From the IMG/VR virus record IMGVR_UViG_3300037524_001291: DNA of 64,000 nucleotides. The stretch is one strand, 5' to 3'. The stretch comes from a virus (lineage: Duplodnaviria; Heunggongvirae; Uroviricota; Caudoviricetes). The notes under the pieces are model-generated. The model saw nothing but the letters and a program-made list of their open reading frames with translations, made no database searches and was not told where the DNA came from. Both the position numbers and the translations under genes were made by a program. Below, piece by piece: positions 26,570 through 37,134 of the stretch. Each line of letters starts with the position of its first letter. Within the stretch, counting starts at the first letter, position 1.

Positions 26570-27289
26570 TTATAGAATATCTTTTACTCTAGCTTTTAAA
26601 TCAGAGAGAGGGGCTATTTCTCTTTTTATTTTACCGTCTAATTTTGTATCTCCCTCAATATCACTATATCCCTTTACATCAGTATCACCTGATATTCGAG
26701 CTTTTCCCCTTACTACAGCGTTTCCATGTATTGTAGCCTTTCCAAGTATATGAGCTTCTCCATATATCCAAGCCTTTTCAAATACTTTGGCTTCTCCAGA
26801 TAACCAAGCCTTTTCAAATATATGAGCATCTCCATATATCTCAACATTCTCACCGACCTCAGCCTCTCCATATACAAAAGAACTTCCATACACTTTAACA
26901 TTTCCTCTTAACTTAGCCTTATCATAAACGTTAGCATATCCGAATATAGATATCTTTCCAGATATACTAGCATTTCCAAAAACTTTAGCATTATCATATA
27001 CTTTAGCACTTCCTAATATCTTAGCTTCCCTAAATACCTCAGCATTTCCAAAGACCTCAGAGCTATTAGCTATTTGAGCATCTCCAAATACTTTAGAATT
27101 TTGATAGGCTTTACAATAGGGATATACCCAGCAGTTATCCGAGTGAGATAAGTTATCTTCTTTTTCTATATATCCACCAAGGTCACCCTTTTTTATACTT
27201 AAGAAAGTTTTTAAAGCTCTTATTCTTGTTAGGGTTCTTCCATTATATTTTATGGTATCATCAGTTACTAACTCATATTTTTCAAACAT
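26570..27289 (-). CDS. Hexapeptide-repeat beta-helix protein with C-terminal tag
   Basis: Tail KREIAPLSDLKARVKDIL. Confidence 0.9.
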   Translation of the reverse strand: MFEKYELVTDDTIKYNGRTLTRIRALKTFLSIKKGDLGGYIEKEDNLSHSDNCWVYPYCKAYQNSKVFGDAQIANSSEVFGNAEVFREAKILGSAKVYDNAKVFGNASISGKISIFGYANVYDKAKLRGNVKVYGSSFVYGEAEVGENVEIYGDAHIFEKAWLSGEAKVFEKAWIYGEAHILGKATIHGNAVVRGKARISGDTDVKGYSDIEGDTKLDGKIKREIAPLSDLKARVKDIL

Positions 27290-27304
27290 TATGTAATCAC
27301 TCCC

Positions 27305-28201
27305 TTATAATAGGTCTTTTACTCTAGCTTTTAAATCCGAGAGAGGAGCTATTTCTTTTCTTTCAGGTTTTCCATCAACATCATAGTCTACTTTCATAGT
27401 ATTATTAATTAGTAATTTTCCTTTAAGTATCGCCTTTCCAAAAACCTCAGCTTTATCACAAATTCTTATATCTCCTGATATATTAGCATCTCCATATACC
27501 CTAGCGTTTCCTTCTATAATAGCATTTCCAGAGACCTTAGCATATTGAGATACAGAAGCTGTGTCTCTGATGTGAGAAGAACCAAAAATTTCAGTATTTC
27601 CAAGGACAGAGGCATCTCCATAGATCTGAGCTTTTCCAAATATTTTACAAGATTCCATGATATGAGCTGTCCCATATATTTTAGCATTTCCCTCTACACG
27701 AGAGTAACCTGAGATAGTTCCTCCATATACCTCAGCCTTTCCACCTATCTCAGCATCTCCGAATATATATACATCATCTCCATAGACCTTAGCTTTTCCA
27801 AATAAAATAGCTTTTCCTGATATATTAGCATGTCCAAAGACTTGTACATCATCATATATAGTAACCTTTTCAGCTATATAACAATCTCCATAAATCTTAG
27901 CATCACCATGTATAGAAGCATCTTCATAAATTCTAGCGTTTCCACATACTTTGGCATTTTCATATACTTTAGCTCTTCCAAACACCCTAGCATTTTCATA
28001 TACTTTAGCATTTCCATATACTTTAGCATTATCACCAATCCAACAATCCCCCTTATGGGATAAGTTAGATTCTTTCTCTATATATCCACCTAAGTCACCA
28101 GAATCATAAAAGTAAGAGTCTTTTAAAGCTCTTATTCTTGTTAGGGTTATGTTTCCTTCCTTTATGGTATCATCTTTTACAAACTCATATTTTTTATCCA
28201 T
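27305..28201 (-). CDS. Hexapeptide-repeat beta-helix protein with C-terminal tag
   Basis: Tail RKEIAPLSDLKARVKDLL. Confidence 0.9.
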   Translation of the reverse strand: MDKKYEFVKDDTIKEGNITLTRIRALKDSYFYDSGDLGGYIEKESNLSHKGDCWIGDNAKVYGNAKVYENARVFGRAKVYENAKVCGNARIYEDASIHGDAKIYGDCYIAEKVTIYDDVQVFGHANISGKAILFGKAKVYGDDVYIFGDAEIGGKAEVYGGTISGYSRVEGNAKIYGTAHIMESCKIFGKAQIYGDASVLGNTEIFGSSHIRDTASVSQYAKVSGNAIIEGNARVYGDANISGDIRICDKAEVFGKAILKGKLLINNTMKVDYDVDGKPERKEIAPLSDLKARVKDLL

Positions 28202-28215
28202 TATGTAAGCACTCC

Positions 28216-29130
28216 TTATAATAGGTCTTTTACTCTAGCTTTTAAATCTGAGAGTGGGGCTATTTCTTTTCTTTTAGGGGCTATTGTAAAATTTCTATTC
28301 TCATCCCCAAACACTTCATCATCACCATATACCTCTGCTTGACCATATACCGTAGCTAGTCCATATATTTTAGCCCTACCATATACCTGTGCCTTATTAA
28401 ATACCTGAGCTTTTTCAAACACTCGAGCAAGTCCATATACCTGAGCTTTTTCATATATATGTGCATTTCCATATATCTGAGCATTTCCATATACTCTAGC
28501 TTCCCCATATACAAAAGCTTCTTCAAAAAGACAAGCTTCTTCAAATATCTTGGCTTTATCCTCTACAGCAGCATTTCCATATATCTTAGCTTTTCCATAT
28601 ACCTCAGCCTCTCCTTTTACCTCTGCTGTTCCATATATTTTAGCTTCTCCAGATATTTTAGCCTTCCCAGAAAAAATTTTAGCCTTTCTAAATACTTGAG
28701 CTTCATCATATATACCAGCTTCTCCAGACACCTCTGCATCTCCATATACCTGTGCATTACCAAATATCTTAGCGTAAGCAAACACCCTAGAACTACCATA
28801 GACTATAGCATTTCCAAATACTGAAGACATATCATATACTTTAGCTTCTCCCAATACCTTAGCTTTTTCAAATATATGTGCATCTCCATATACAGAAGCA
28901 TTTCCAAATACAACGGCATCTCCTTCTACTTTAGCATCTTCAAATACTTTAGCTGTATGAAATACCCAACAAATATTCTTAACAGATAGGTTGCTTTCTT
29001 TTTCTATATATCCACCCAAATCTCCTTTTTTTACATCTCCAAAAGACCTTAAAGCTCTTATTCTTGTTAATATTTTCCCCATAAATTTTATGGTATCATC
29101 AGTTACAAACTCATATTTAGTATTAGGCAT
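28216..29130 (-). CDS. Hexapeptide-repeat beta-helix protein with C-terminal tag
   Basis: Tail RKEIAPLSDLKARVKDLL. Confidence 0.9.
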   Translation of the reverse strand: MPNTKYEFVTDDTIKFMGKILTRIRALRSFGDVKKGDLGGYIEKESNLSVKNICWVFHTAKVFEDAKVEGDAVVFGNASVYGDAHIFEKAKVLGEAKVYDMSSVFGNAIVYGSSRVFAYAKIFGNAQVYGDAEVSGEAGIYDEAQVFRKAKIFSGKAKISGEAKIYGTAEVKGEAEVYGKAKIYGNAAVEDKAKIFEEACLFEEAFVYGEARVYGNAQIYGNAHIYEKAQVYGLARVFEKAQVFNKAQVYGRAKIYGLATVYGQAEVYGDDEVFGDENRNFTIAPKRKEIAPLSDLKARVKDLL

Positions 29131-29137
29131 TGTACAA

Positions 29138-29731
29138 TCACTCCTTAGTATATTTTTTCTCCCAAACTGATTGAGAGGTAGTATTCCATCTTCCTATATT
29201 ACTTTCCAAAGCTCTTTGTTCTACATCTAAAAACACCTTTTTATATTTTGTATTAGGGCTATAAAATTTTACTGTGGCGTACCCTCTATGCAGAAGTATA
29301 AGGTTTAACATATCACCATTAGAAAGGTACACATAAGCTAGAAGTCTTTTATAAAGGTCATATCTTTCTTTGTCGAACTCTAGTGTTACTGTTTTACCCT
29401 CTAAAGTCTTTTTAGTAAAATCGGAGGATTCTTTACCATAAAATTGTATAGGAGTACCTGATTTTACTGTTTCAGGAGTATCTACACCGATTAGTCTTAC
29501 TTTAGTGGGGATATCATTATAAATAATTTCAAAAGTATCGCCATCAATAACCCTATTTACAGAAGCTCTTAGGGTTTCTCCTCGTACTCCAAGACCTATC
29601 TCAGAGATAATTTGAGAGTGGTCTGTAGGTTTTGTGGCAATATCTATACCAAAGATACTACTAGCCCCTATAACAGATAGGGCTACTATAGTAGCAGCTA
29701 GTTTTTTTGTTTTATTTTTTAATATTTGCAT
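29138..29731 (-). CDS. Thermonuclease (SNase-like), secreted or anchored
   Basis: RVIDGDT, VRLIGVDTPET, DLYKRLLAYV, LHRGYA; ATG after GGGAGG; N-terminal hydrophobic segment. Confidence 0.92.
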   Translation of the reverse strand: MQILKNKTKKLAATIVALSVIGASSIFGIDIATKPTDHSQIISEIGLGVRGETLRASVNRVIDGDTFEIIYNDIPTKVRLIGVDTPETVKSGTPIQFYGKESSDFTKKTLEGKTVTLEFDKERYDLYKRLLAYVYLSNGDMLNLILLHRGYATVKFYSPNTKYKKVFLDVEQRALESNIGRWNTTSQSVWEKKYTKE

Positions 29732-29807
29732 AAAATATCCTCCCATAAAATAAGAGTAACTAGTAAGTATATATAAACTAGTTACTCTAAGAACATTCAA
29801 GGGAGAT

Positions 29808-30065
29808 TTAAACACGAACAGAAATAGATAATTTTAATTTTTCTAATTGTAAAGGTCGGTCCAAGATGTCTATATAATCATCTTCATCTAAAAGGGTTAT
29901 TTTATAGATTCCTGTTTCTATTTTGAGGTGTTCTAGAAGAAGTTTCTCCCCTGTAAGGTTTTCTATATGAAATATAACATTTCCAGTCTTAACTACATCT
30001 TCAAGTTTACCTCTTATTTCTTTTGTTAGGGATGCTTTGTTTTCAAGGCTATTAGATTGTATCAT
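29808..30065 (-). CDS. Hypothetical protein
   Basis: ORF; weakly similar to 30052-30321. Confidence 0.7.
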   Translation of the reverse strand: MIQSNSLENKASLTKEIRGKLEDVVKTGNVIFHIENLTGEKLLLEHLKIETGIYKITLLDEDDYIDILDRPLQLEKLKLSISVRV

Positions 30066-30321
30066 GACTCACCTCATCATCAATATGTATAGTAAAGGTA
30101 ATCTTTTTATTATCTGGTTCGAATATTGAAGGTGTCATAATAATGCTATCTTTTTTATAAATTTTTAGGGTGTATTCATTATTAGAGTCCTTGCTACACT
30201 TATATACTAAATCTTTATTGGTGTTGTTTTCTACTTGAAGAATAATATCTCCAGTAGAATCAAGTTTATTAAGAGTATTTATAATTTCAGAGATAAGGTC
30301 ATTTCTAGTAGTTTTCTCCAT
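30052..30321 (-). CDS. Hypothetical protein
   Basis: ORF with RBS. Confidence 0.7.
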   Translation of the reverse strand: MEKTTRNDLISEIINTLNKLDSTGDIILQVENNTNKDLVYKCSKDSNNEYTLKIYKKDSIIMTPSIFEPDNKKITFTIHIDDEVSHDTI

Positions 30322-30324
30322 AGC

Positions 30325-30543
30325 TTATTCCTCTCTTTTTAACTTACAATAGGCAAGAGTACCATGTATATCTCTACACTCATCACACACTTTACCAGTA
30401 AGCTCACATATTTTTGTCATCTTAAACTTATAGGGTATGTACATAGCATCCAAAATATCTCTCATCTGTCTTCGAGCCTTATACTTATTATCAGCTTCAA
30501 TTATTTTCCCTACAGAAATATCTGCCTCAACTAGCCACTTCAT
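30325..30543 (-). CDS. Hypothetical protein
   Basis: ORF with AGAGG RBS. Confidence 0.7.
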   Translation of the reverse strand: MKWLVEADISVGKIIEADNKYKARRQMRDILDAMYIPYKFKMTKICELTGKVCDECRDIHGTLAYCKLKREE

Positions 30544-30561
30544 AAGAATAAATCCTCTCTT

Positions 30562-32445
30562 TTATGTATTTTCTACTTTAGGGTTAATTATACTTAAAAG
30601 CTTCTCTAACAGTTCTTGTTCTTCCGTTAAGTTTGTTAGGGTAGAGGATAAGAAGTTCAATTGTTTTTCTATTATAACTATTTGTGACATTAAACTCTTA
30701 GATCTATTTTGAATCGTCTTTAGATAAGAGTTGTCTAATACCTCTACTATTTCTGTTTCAAAAATTTTAGGTTTAATATTAGGTTCTTCTTTAACTGTTT
30801 CTACTCTATCAGATTTCATATTTTCTAATATAGGTTTATTATTCTGAGGCTCTCCTGACAACTTAGAGTTTATAAGTTTTATAACATCCTCTACCGAAGG
30901 ATTATCTAAGAGTTTTTGTAAGTAATCATCTATAGAAGTTTTACATATAAAAGGCTCTGCTATCACACTTAAAGATGTTTTTCTCACACAGTCTACAAAA
31001 GCTTTTCCATGTGTTTCGGCATGTCTTCCAAATCCAGCAACAGATAAAGGAATAAGACATAAAGGACATAAAAACATATCCCTCTTCCCATCGAGATACC
31101 GAGTAAAATTATTGTTAGAGTTTTTAGCGAATAAGTGTAATATATGGAGTAGAGAACTATACCCATAATCATTACTTTTTTTCTGTAAATTATACCAAAG
31201 AATATGTGAGGCATCTTTTATTTTACTTATAGACTCACGACACCTAGTAACATCGGTAGAAGTATTACCAGTAAGTGTAGTACTAACTCCTCTAAGAATC
31301 TCTTTTATAGAGATATCAGTATTAAGTATAGAATCTGTTTCATCAGGAGTTACTAAAGTATCCTCTTCTAAACAAGTATTATTAGTTTCTACAGTACCTA
31401 ATATCTTAGCTTCAAACTCTTTATACACTGTATTAGGGTCTTTTACAGGAAATAATTTTAAATGACTTGTAATACCTAAGAATTTTCCATTATAAGGAGC
31501 TAGAAGGGATTTAAACTGAGTAGGATAACTTTTATATAAATCTGATAACTGAGTACAATTATGATGTACCCTAATATGTTCGATAAGATTTTGAACCTCT
31601 CCATCTATATTCTGAGGTATACCACAAATAGGGCATCTTCTGTATCCTTCTAGTGTAACTTTTCCAGAACTCTGAAGAAATTTATATCGGTTATAAGAGT
31701 TAGATATTCTCGACTTATGTTTTTTTAATTCTCCATTATCTTCCAAAGGCAAGGTTTCCTCTGGAGTTTTAATATCTATGACCTTCAATAGTGTAGGAGA
31801 TACAGGATATACAAAATCTTTTGAGGATTTCACACAATCTAAGAGGTTTATGAGTATTTTATCCTCATCTAATCCCCTAATAATTTCTTTATATTCAGAA
31901 AAAGAAATTCTTACTCCATTGTACCTCTTAAAGATATTCTCAATATTATGTGTTTCTACAAAGTTAAGAAAAGTATCATTATGACTTTGTTTAGCATGTA
32001 CTCTCATACCATTTAAAGAAATAGGCATAAGACATAAAGGGCAAATAAATATATCTCTATTCCCAGCGATATATCTGTTATATGCTCGTAGATGATTATT
32101 AAAAAAGTTACCTTTTGATATAATTTTAGGGTTATCTTCTTTATTAGGGACAGCTTTCCACTCTAGTTTTCCTGTATTCCCACAAGGACAAGAAGAATAA
32201 CCAACGGGTATAAACTTTCTACATGTAGTACATCTTGTATGGTCTTTATAATAGAGGACATGACCAGCGTATAAAGCTCTCATCTCTATTACATTTATGG
32301 GTACTGATAAAAGTTCTGCTAATTCCTCAGCTGAGAATACGGTATAGTTTTCTGCTATAAAATCCCCATCTAAACTACAACTATCCTCAAGCTCTCTAAG
32401 TTTTATAGGGTCTACTTTCTCAACATTGTTTAAAAAATGTTCCAT
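30562..32445 (-). CDS. Multi zinc-finger protein
   Basis: CTTC/CPCG ribbon plus three CxxC...H-x2/3-H modules. Confidence 0.75.
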   Translation of the reverse strand: MEHFLNNVEKVDPIKLRELEDSCSLDGDFIAENYTVFSAEELAELLSVPINVIEMRALYAGHVLYYKDHTRCTTCRKFIPVGYSSCPCGNTGKLEWKAVPNKEDNPKIISKGNFFNNHLRAYNRYIAGNRDIFICPLCLMPISLNGMRVHAKQSHNDTFLNFVETHNIENIFKRYNGVRISFSEYKEIIRGLDEDKILINLLDCVKSSKDFVYPVSPTLLKVIDIKTPEETLPLEDNGELKKHKSRISNSYNRYKFLQSSGKVTLEGYRRCPICGIPQNIDGEVQNLIEHIRVHHNCTQLSDLYKSYPTQFKSLLAPYNGKFLGITSHLKLFPVKDPNTVYKEFEAKILGTVETNNTCLEEDTLVTPDETDSILNTDISIKEILRGVSTTLTGNTSTDVTRCRESISKIKDASHILWYNLQKKSNDYGYSSLLHILHLFAKNSNNNFTRYLDGKRDMFLCPLCLIPLSVAGFGRHAETHGKAFVDCVRKTSLSVIAEPFICKTSIDDYLQKLLDNPSVEDVIKLINSKLSGEPQNNKPILENMKSDRVETVKEEPNIKPKIFETEIVEVLDNSYLKTIQNRSKSLMSQIVIIEKQLNFLSSTLTNLTEEQELLEKLLSIINPKVENT

Positions 32446-32496
32446 AATATTTATAACACTCCTTTTCTAAATTAAATACAAAAAACCTCAATACTA

Positions 32497-32769
32497 TTAG
32501 GACTTTTTAAGATTTTTCTTTAGTACACCCACAAGTGTGTTATCTTTTATATGTACAGGTATTTTATTATATAATCTCCTCTCTCTACCTAAATTTTTTA
32601 AAAAGTTTTCTAAGACAGCGATCCTATTAGAAATAAAGACAAGTTCTTCCTCAGGACTTTTTTCTATTTCAGATAAAGAAGTTATAATCACCTCTTCTTT
32701 TGAAATAATATCATTTAATACAGTTCTATGTTTTTTTCTTGCTTTTTTTATACCCTCACTAATACCCAT
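32497..32769 (-). CDS. Hypothetical coiled-coil protein
   Basis: ORF with RBS. Confidence 0.7.
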   Translation of the reverse strand: MGISEGIKKARKKHRTVLNDIISKEEVIITSLSEIEKSPEEELVFISNRIAVLENFLKNLGRERRLYNKIPVHIKDNTLVGVLKKNLKKS

Positions 32770-32862
32770 CTAATCACTTTCCCTTCTAAAAATTATATTT
32801 TACAAGAGTTTACAATATTATAATACTGTAAAATTAGTAAAATAACAACATAGTCATACAAT

Positions 32863-34452
32863 TTAACCAAAAGTTATATCTAAACCCAGATGAAAAGTTG
32901 AAAAATCTTCTTGATAGGGTTCTTTTAGTATTCCTTTTTTTATTTCTTGTTCTCTTATTTTTTTCCATAATTTCATTTTTTCTAAGTTAGCTGTAATTTT
33001 AGAGATAAAAGGTGCTAATTCTAAAGGGTATATCTCATCATATAGTGAGTCATCTGTAGCTTTTCCTACATGATCGGCAATTACGAGATTTGTTTTAGCT
33101 CGTGTAATTGCAGTATAAATCCAAGCTCGAGCGTCTTTTCCCCAATCCACAACTACAGCTACATTAGGAAACTCAGATCCTTGAGCAGAATGGCAGGTCA
33201 TACAATAAGCGTAATCGAACTTACAAATCTTATCATCGAATACTTTTATACCGTTATCAGGTTTTACAAAAAAGTAAGAGAGTCTACTAAAGATAACTAG
33301 AGAAATATTATCTATAACATCTTTTATTCTCATTTTAATAAGGTCATTTTCTGGTTTAATTTCCAACACCTCTTGTACAATGTATATACCACCGTTAGGT
33401 ATCATACCTAATTGTACTTCGAAAGAATCTTTAATATATACATTTTTCCTACAGACAATTCTATCTCCAACTTGAGGATACATAGGGTTATATGTAAGTT
33501 TTAGTTGGTTTTTTTCAAATTCTTGTGTGTGAGGGGTAGGACAGAATCCTAAAAGTTCTCTTACTCTTCTATTAATGTAATTTTTAGTTCTATGTTGTCC
33601 TGAGATAAACTGAAAGTTATTTTTAACAAGAACCGTAAAATTATCATAAAGCTTTAAATGACTCTCTAGAATAAAAACACCTTTATTTATTTTTTTCCCA
33701 TATTTTTTAGTAATTTTGCTCATTATATCTTTAGCATAATGAGTTTTTTTATCAAGGCTGTTTACATATCGAGCCAGTTCAAGGATATCATTATCCTCTA
33801 AGTGTCTAAAGCAAACAGTGAGAGTATAAGTAGGATTTTTTATATATTTGTTCATTTTACCATTGATAGGGTTTAGTTGATTAAAATCACCTATGAGTAC
33901 TACAGGTATATGTAGCAATAATACATCTTCCATGGTATACTCATCTACCATAGATCCTTCATCCATAAGGATAACCTTAGGCGTCACTTCAAAGTCCTCA
34001 ATATCTCTAGTTAAAAACTTTACCCTCTCATTATATTCTGTGTCAGGGTCTTGTTTGTATATAGATGAATGTATTGTTCTAGGATATATTTTAAAATCTT
34101 GTAGCACTTGGTATAATCTCTTAGAAGCTGTCCCAGTAGGAGCAGCAAGAAGTATTTCACTAATATTAATACCCTTTTCAAGAAGTTGTGATACTATTTC
34201 TTTTGTTAGGGTGGTTTTTCCTGTACCAGCTTCACCACCAATAGAAAGCACCTTATAATCAAGTGTTTTTACATGATTTAGTATATCTTCTTTCTTTTGT
34301 TCATGTTTTATAAGAGCTATCTTAGCTAATTCTTTTTTATCTTTTTTATCTTTGTACTCTAGAAGAGCTTGTTCCTTAGGACTTTTATAAGTTTGTCTAT
34401 AAGCACATATACATTCTTCTAACTCTAATTCTAGTTTAATTGCTTTTCTCAT
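32863..34452 (-). CDS. SF1B helicase (RecD/Dda-like)
   Basis: GEAGTGKTT, AAPTGTA, MDEGSMV, IGDFNQL, YCMTCHSAQGSEF, IYTAITRAK. Confidence 0.93.
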   Translation of the reverse strand: MRKAIKLELELEECICAYRQTYKSPKEQALLEYKDKKDKKELAKIALIKHEQKKEDILNHVKTLDYKVLSIGGEAGTGKTTLTKEIVSQLLEKGINISEILLAAPTGTASKRLYQVLQDFKIYPRTIHSSIYKQDPDTEYNERVKFLTRDIEDFEVTPKVILMDEGSMVDEYTMEDVLLLHIPVVLIGDFNQLNPINGKMNKYIKNPTYTLTVCFRHLEDNDILELARYVNSLDKKTHYAKDIMSKITKKYGKKINKGVFILESHLKLYDNFTVLVKNNFQFISGQHRTKNYINRRVRELLGFCPTPHTQEFEKNQLKLTYNPMYPQVGDRIVCRKNVYIKDSFEVQLGMIPNGGIYIVQEVLEIKPENDLIKMRIKDVIDNISLVIFSRLSYFFVKPDNGIKVFDDKICKFDYAYCMTCHSAQGSEFPNVAVVVDWGKDARAWIYTAITRAKTNLVIADHVGKATDDSLYDEIYPLELAPFISKITANLEKMKLWKKIREQEIKKGILKEPYQEDFSTFHLGLDITFG

Positions 34453-34472
34453 CTAATTTTCTCCCAATCTAA

Positions 34473-34904
34473 TTATAATGGTTCAATAGTCAACTGTTCT
34501 TTATATAAAGCATCACATTCTACACTATCAGGAAAGTGTCCTTGTATATCAGGTAAGAGTATACGCAACACAGGTCTTCTAGACTCGGTTGTTTGAAATA
34601 GTTTTATTTTATAGTCACCTTTTAATACATTAGGTACAATCTCATTATTCGAAAATCTTTTTCCTTGTCTAACCATATCAACAATGGTATGAAACATAGC
34701 TGAAACTGTGTCAGGAGATAATTTTAAAGTTATCTGAAAATCTAGATGATTGAAAGACTCAATCAATCCATGAGTATGAGAATCTATCTTACCTACTAGG
34801 GGTATGTAGTGAATGTAAAATCCATATAACTTCATAGACTCTTTAATTATACGATCTAATTCTTCCTCAGAGGGACAACCACACTTTTTGCTCATAACAC
34901 TCAC
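34473..34904 (-). CDS. DUF4262-like protein
   Basis: HTHGL..SFNH.DFQI...LRILLPD..G.FP pattern. Confidence 0.7.
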   Translation of the reverse strand: MSVMSKKCGCPSEEELDRIIKESMKLYGFYIHYIPLVGKIDSHTHGLIESFNHLDFQITLKLSPDTVSAMFHTIVDMVRQGKRFSNNEIVPNVLKGDYKIKLFQTTESRRPVLRILLPDIQGHFPDSVECDALYKEQLTIEPL

Positions 34905-34913
34905 CTTTCTAAA

Positions 34914-35435
34914 TTATATCACTCCCCAACTATCCAGTAATACTTCTATTTCTAATTTAAAGAATATCTCACCACCAAATCTCATATCAGCTATAGTTTG
35001 TGGGACTGTCTTTTTAAAAGAAGTCCAACAACCAAATCTCTTTCCCCCAGCGGGCTTTACCTTGTGTATGGTACATATCTTTCTTTCCATATCAAACAAT
35101 ATACATGGAGAGAACTCACGTTCATGTGTATCGGGCAGTATATTTCCTGCAAATTCCTTATCAGAAACTCTTACTGCGTTTAGAATGTATCCATCTCTTA
35201 TTCCTAATTTAGCAAATGTTAGATATTTAGTATACAATTCTTTCTTATCAATCTTCAAGTATTCTGATACCCTAAACACATCACCCCTATTCCAAGTACA
35301 AGGGCTGATATGACAACATAAACCACAGCACTTACATTTTTTCTCCTTAAGTACCATATCATAGATTTCATTAGTTCTTACATTTAACTTATAATACTCT
35401 AAATCCTCATCAAATTTACTACTCATAACACTCAC
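34914..35435 (-). CDS. YkgJ-like cysteine-cluster protein
   Basis: CKCCGLCC and PCILF...CTIHKVKPAG. Confidence 0.82.
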   Translation of the reverse strand: MSVMSSKFDEDLEYYKLNVRTNEIYDMVLKEKKCKCCGLCCHISPCTWNRGDVFRVSEYLKIDKKELYTKYLTFAKLGIRDGYILNAVRVSDKEFAGNILPDTHEREFSPCILFDMERKICTIHKVKPAGGKRFGCWTSFKKTVPQTIADMRFGGEIFFKLEIEVLLDSWGVI

Positions 35436-35467
35436 CTTTCTAAATTACTTTACTCTCAATTATTTTT

Positions 35468-35662
35468 TTATTTTCTTTGTATCTTCTCTATATCTTCTTT
35501 AATTTTCATTTCATCTGAGAGTCTTAGAGCTGTCATTACCCCACATTCAAAGAATCTTCTAGCAATAGCTATAACCTCTTCTGAGGGGCAATCCTCTTCT
35601 GGTATTGGTTCTTCTCCTAATGCCTTTTCAAGTATTTCCATACACTTTTCTTTTACAGTCAT
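35468..35662 (-). CDS. Hypothetical protein
   Basis: ORF track. Confidence 0.65.
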   Translation of the reverse strand: MTVKEKCMEILEKALGEEPIPEEDCPSEEVIAIARRFFECGVMTALRLSDEMKIKEDIEKIQRK

Positions 35663-36072
35663 TTTAAATTACCCTCTTTTCTTTTTAAATTAACTCTCCA
35701 TCTACTTTTTCTTATTTCTTCTAACCATACATACTGAGAAGGTATAACATCTCCTCCATTAGGGTGAGGATCATGAACTAATTTCCCCACTGAATGTATT
35801 ACAGAATGATAACTTCCTCTAGGGCTTGTTCCCCAAACCATATAAAACTCAGTATTAGGGATATCTTTGTCGAAAAAAAGTTTGTATCCTTTAGTTTTAA
35901 GCCATTCTTCTAGAAAATCTATCCATGTATGACCTTTTCTTGTTTTATGTTCTATGAAATGAGGTATATCTTTTATAGGTAAGTGTAAGAGAGAACATAT
36001 ACAAGCTCTAAGACAATCTCCTTGTATTTTTTTCTTTTTATCTGTTAGTAGAGATTGGTATACAGGTATCAT
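35659..36072 (-). CDS. Conserved phage hypothetical protein
   Basis: GDCLRAC...SPRG..HSVI...VHDPHP. Confidence 0.75.
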   Translation of the reverse strand: MIPVYQSLLTDKKKKIQGDCLRACICSLLHLPIKDIPHFIEHKTRKGHTWIDFLEEWLKTKGYKLFFDKDIPNTEFYMVWGTSPRGSYHSVIHSVGKLVHDPHPNGGDVIPSQYVWLEEIRKSRWRVNLKRKEGNLK

Positions 36073-36636
36073 TTACAGGTTCTCCATATCTGAAAGAGTA
36101 TTAGACATAGTAGATAAGATTTTGTCTACTATATCTTGTTGTGGAGGTTCTTTATCCTCAAAAGGTACAGCTATAAGAAGTCCCATAATACTCTCCTGAT
36201 AATATATAGCTTTTATAAAAACCTTATTGAATACTTCAGAGTGGTTTGTTAGGGGTATTTGTTTATAAGTTTTTAAGATATCTCTAGGTAGGTCTTTAAA
36301 CTCATCAAAGATTTCTTTTAGATCCTGAGATATTTGGTATCCTTTTAAAAATCTTTCTTTTTGTTCATCTCCTTTAAACTCAAAGATAAAATCATGGTTA
36401 ACTATACAAATCTGTATACCTAAAGCTTTTACACCAGAGAGTACTAGATCTCTTATAATCTCATTATGTTTTTTTGAAATAATAGAATTGTATTTCTTAA
36501 CTAACAGATCCCCATTATCTGTTATGATAAGTTCTAGAGGGTCACCTTCAGATATTTTAAGTTTTTTTCTAAGTTCTTTAGGTATAACCACCCTACCTAA
36601 ATCATCTATTCTTCTTATAATACCTACATCACTCAT
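36073..36636 (-). CDS. SpoVT-like transcription regulator (AbrB domain plus GAF-like domain)
   Basis: GIIRRIDDLGRVVIPKELRKKLKISEGDPLE...KKY. Confidence 0.9.
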   Translation of the reverse strand: MSDVGIIRRIDDLGRVVIPKELRKKLKISEGDPLELIITDNGDLLVKKYNSIISKKHNEIIRDLVLSGVKALGIQICIVNHDFIFEFKGDEQKERFLKGYQISQDLKEIFDEFKDLPRDILKTYKQIPLTNHSEVFNKVFIKAIYYQESIMGLLIAVPFEDKEPPQQDIVDKILSTMSNTLSDMENL

Positions 36637-36638
36637 TC

Positions 36639-36845
36639 TTAAGTCACCCTTTCTATCTCATTTATTTTTTCTAACACCATTCTTAGGGTATTTTCTTTAA
36701 TTTTGATTCTTTTTACATCTTCAGAAGAATTTCCTACACGAGAAGCTGTTCCCTTACCATAGGTTTTTGTATCTATTATGGTCTTTTCTAACCATGTCTT
36801 AAGCTGAACAATCGTCTCCACAGGCTCTTTTTTAACAGATGTCAT
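36639..36845 (-). CDS. Hypothetical protein
   Basis: ORF with GGAGGGG RBS. Confidence 0.7.
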   Translation of the reverse strand: MTSVKKEPVETIVQLKTWLEKTIIDTKTYGKGTASRVGNSSEDVKRIKIKENTLRMVLEKINEIERVT

Positions 36846-37088
36846 AATAAAAATCCCCTCCCTATAATATCATCAGAAATACTCAAAGGATGTAGGGTTT
36901 ATTCTACATCTTCTATATAAAGTATTTATTTTTTAAACTGACGGAATATAAGATACTTTTCTAATTTAATATCTCATAATAACAATTCTATTATAACAGA
37001 GGTAAATCTAAATTAAAACATAATCTCATAATTTAAAGTAAATCTTTTTTTAACTATAAAGTCAGGATAGTAGGATTAGAGTATAAAA

Positions 37089-37120
37089 TAAAGTAGATAT
37101 AGGTATCTATATCTACTTTA
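37089..37120 (-). terminator. Intrinsic terminator (perfect 14-bp stem)
   Basis: TAAAGTAGATATAG/CTATATCTACTTTA followed by a T-tract. Confidence 0.7.
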
Positions 37121-37134
37121 TAAATCAATAATAT

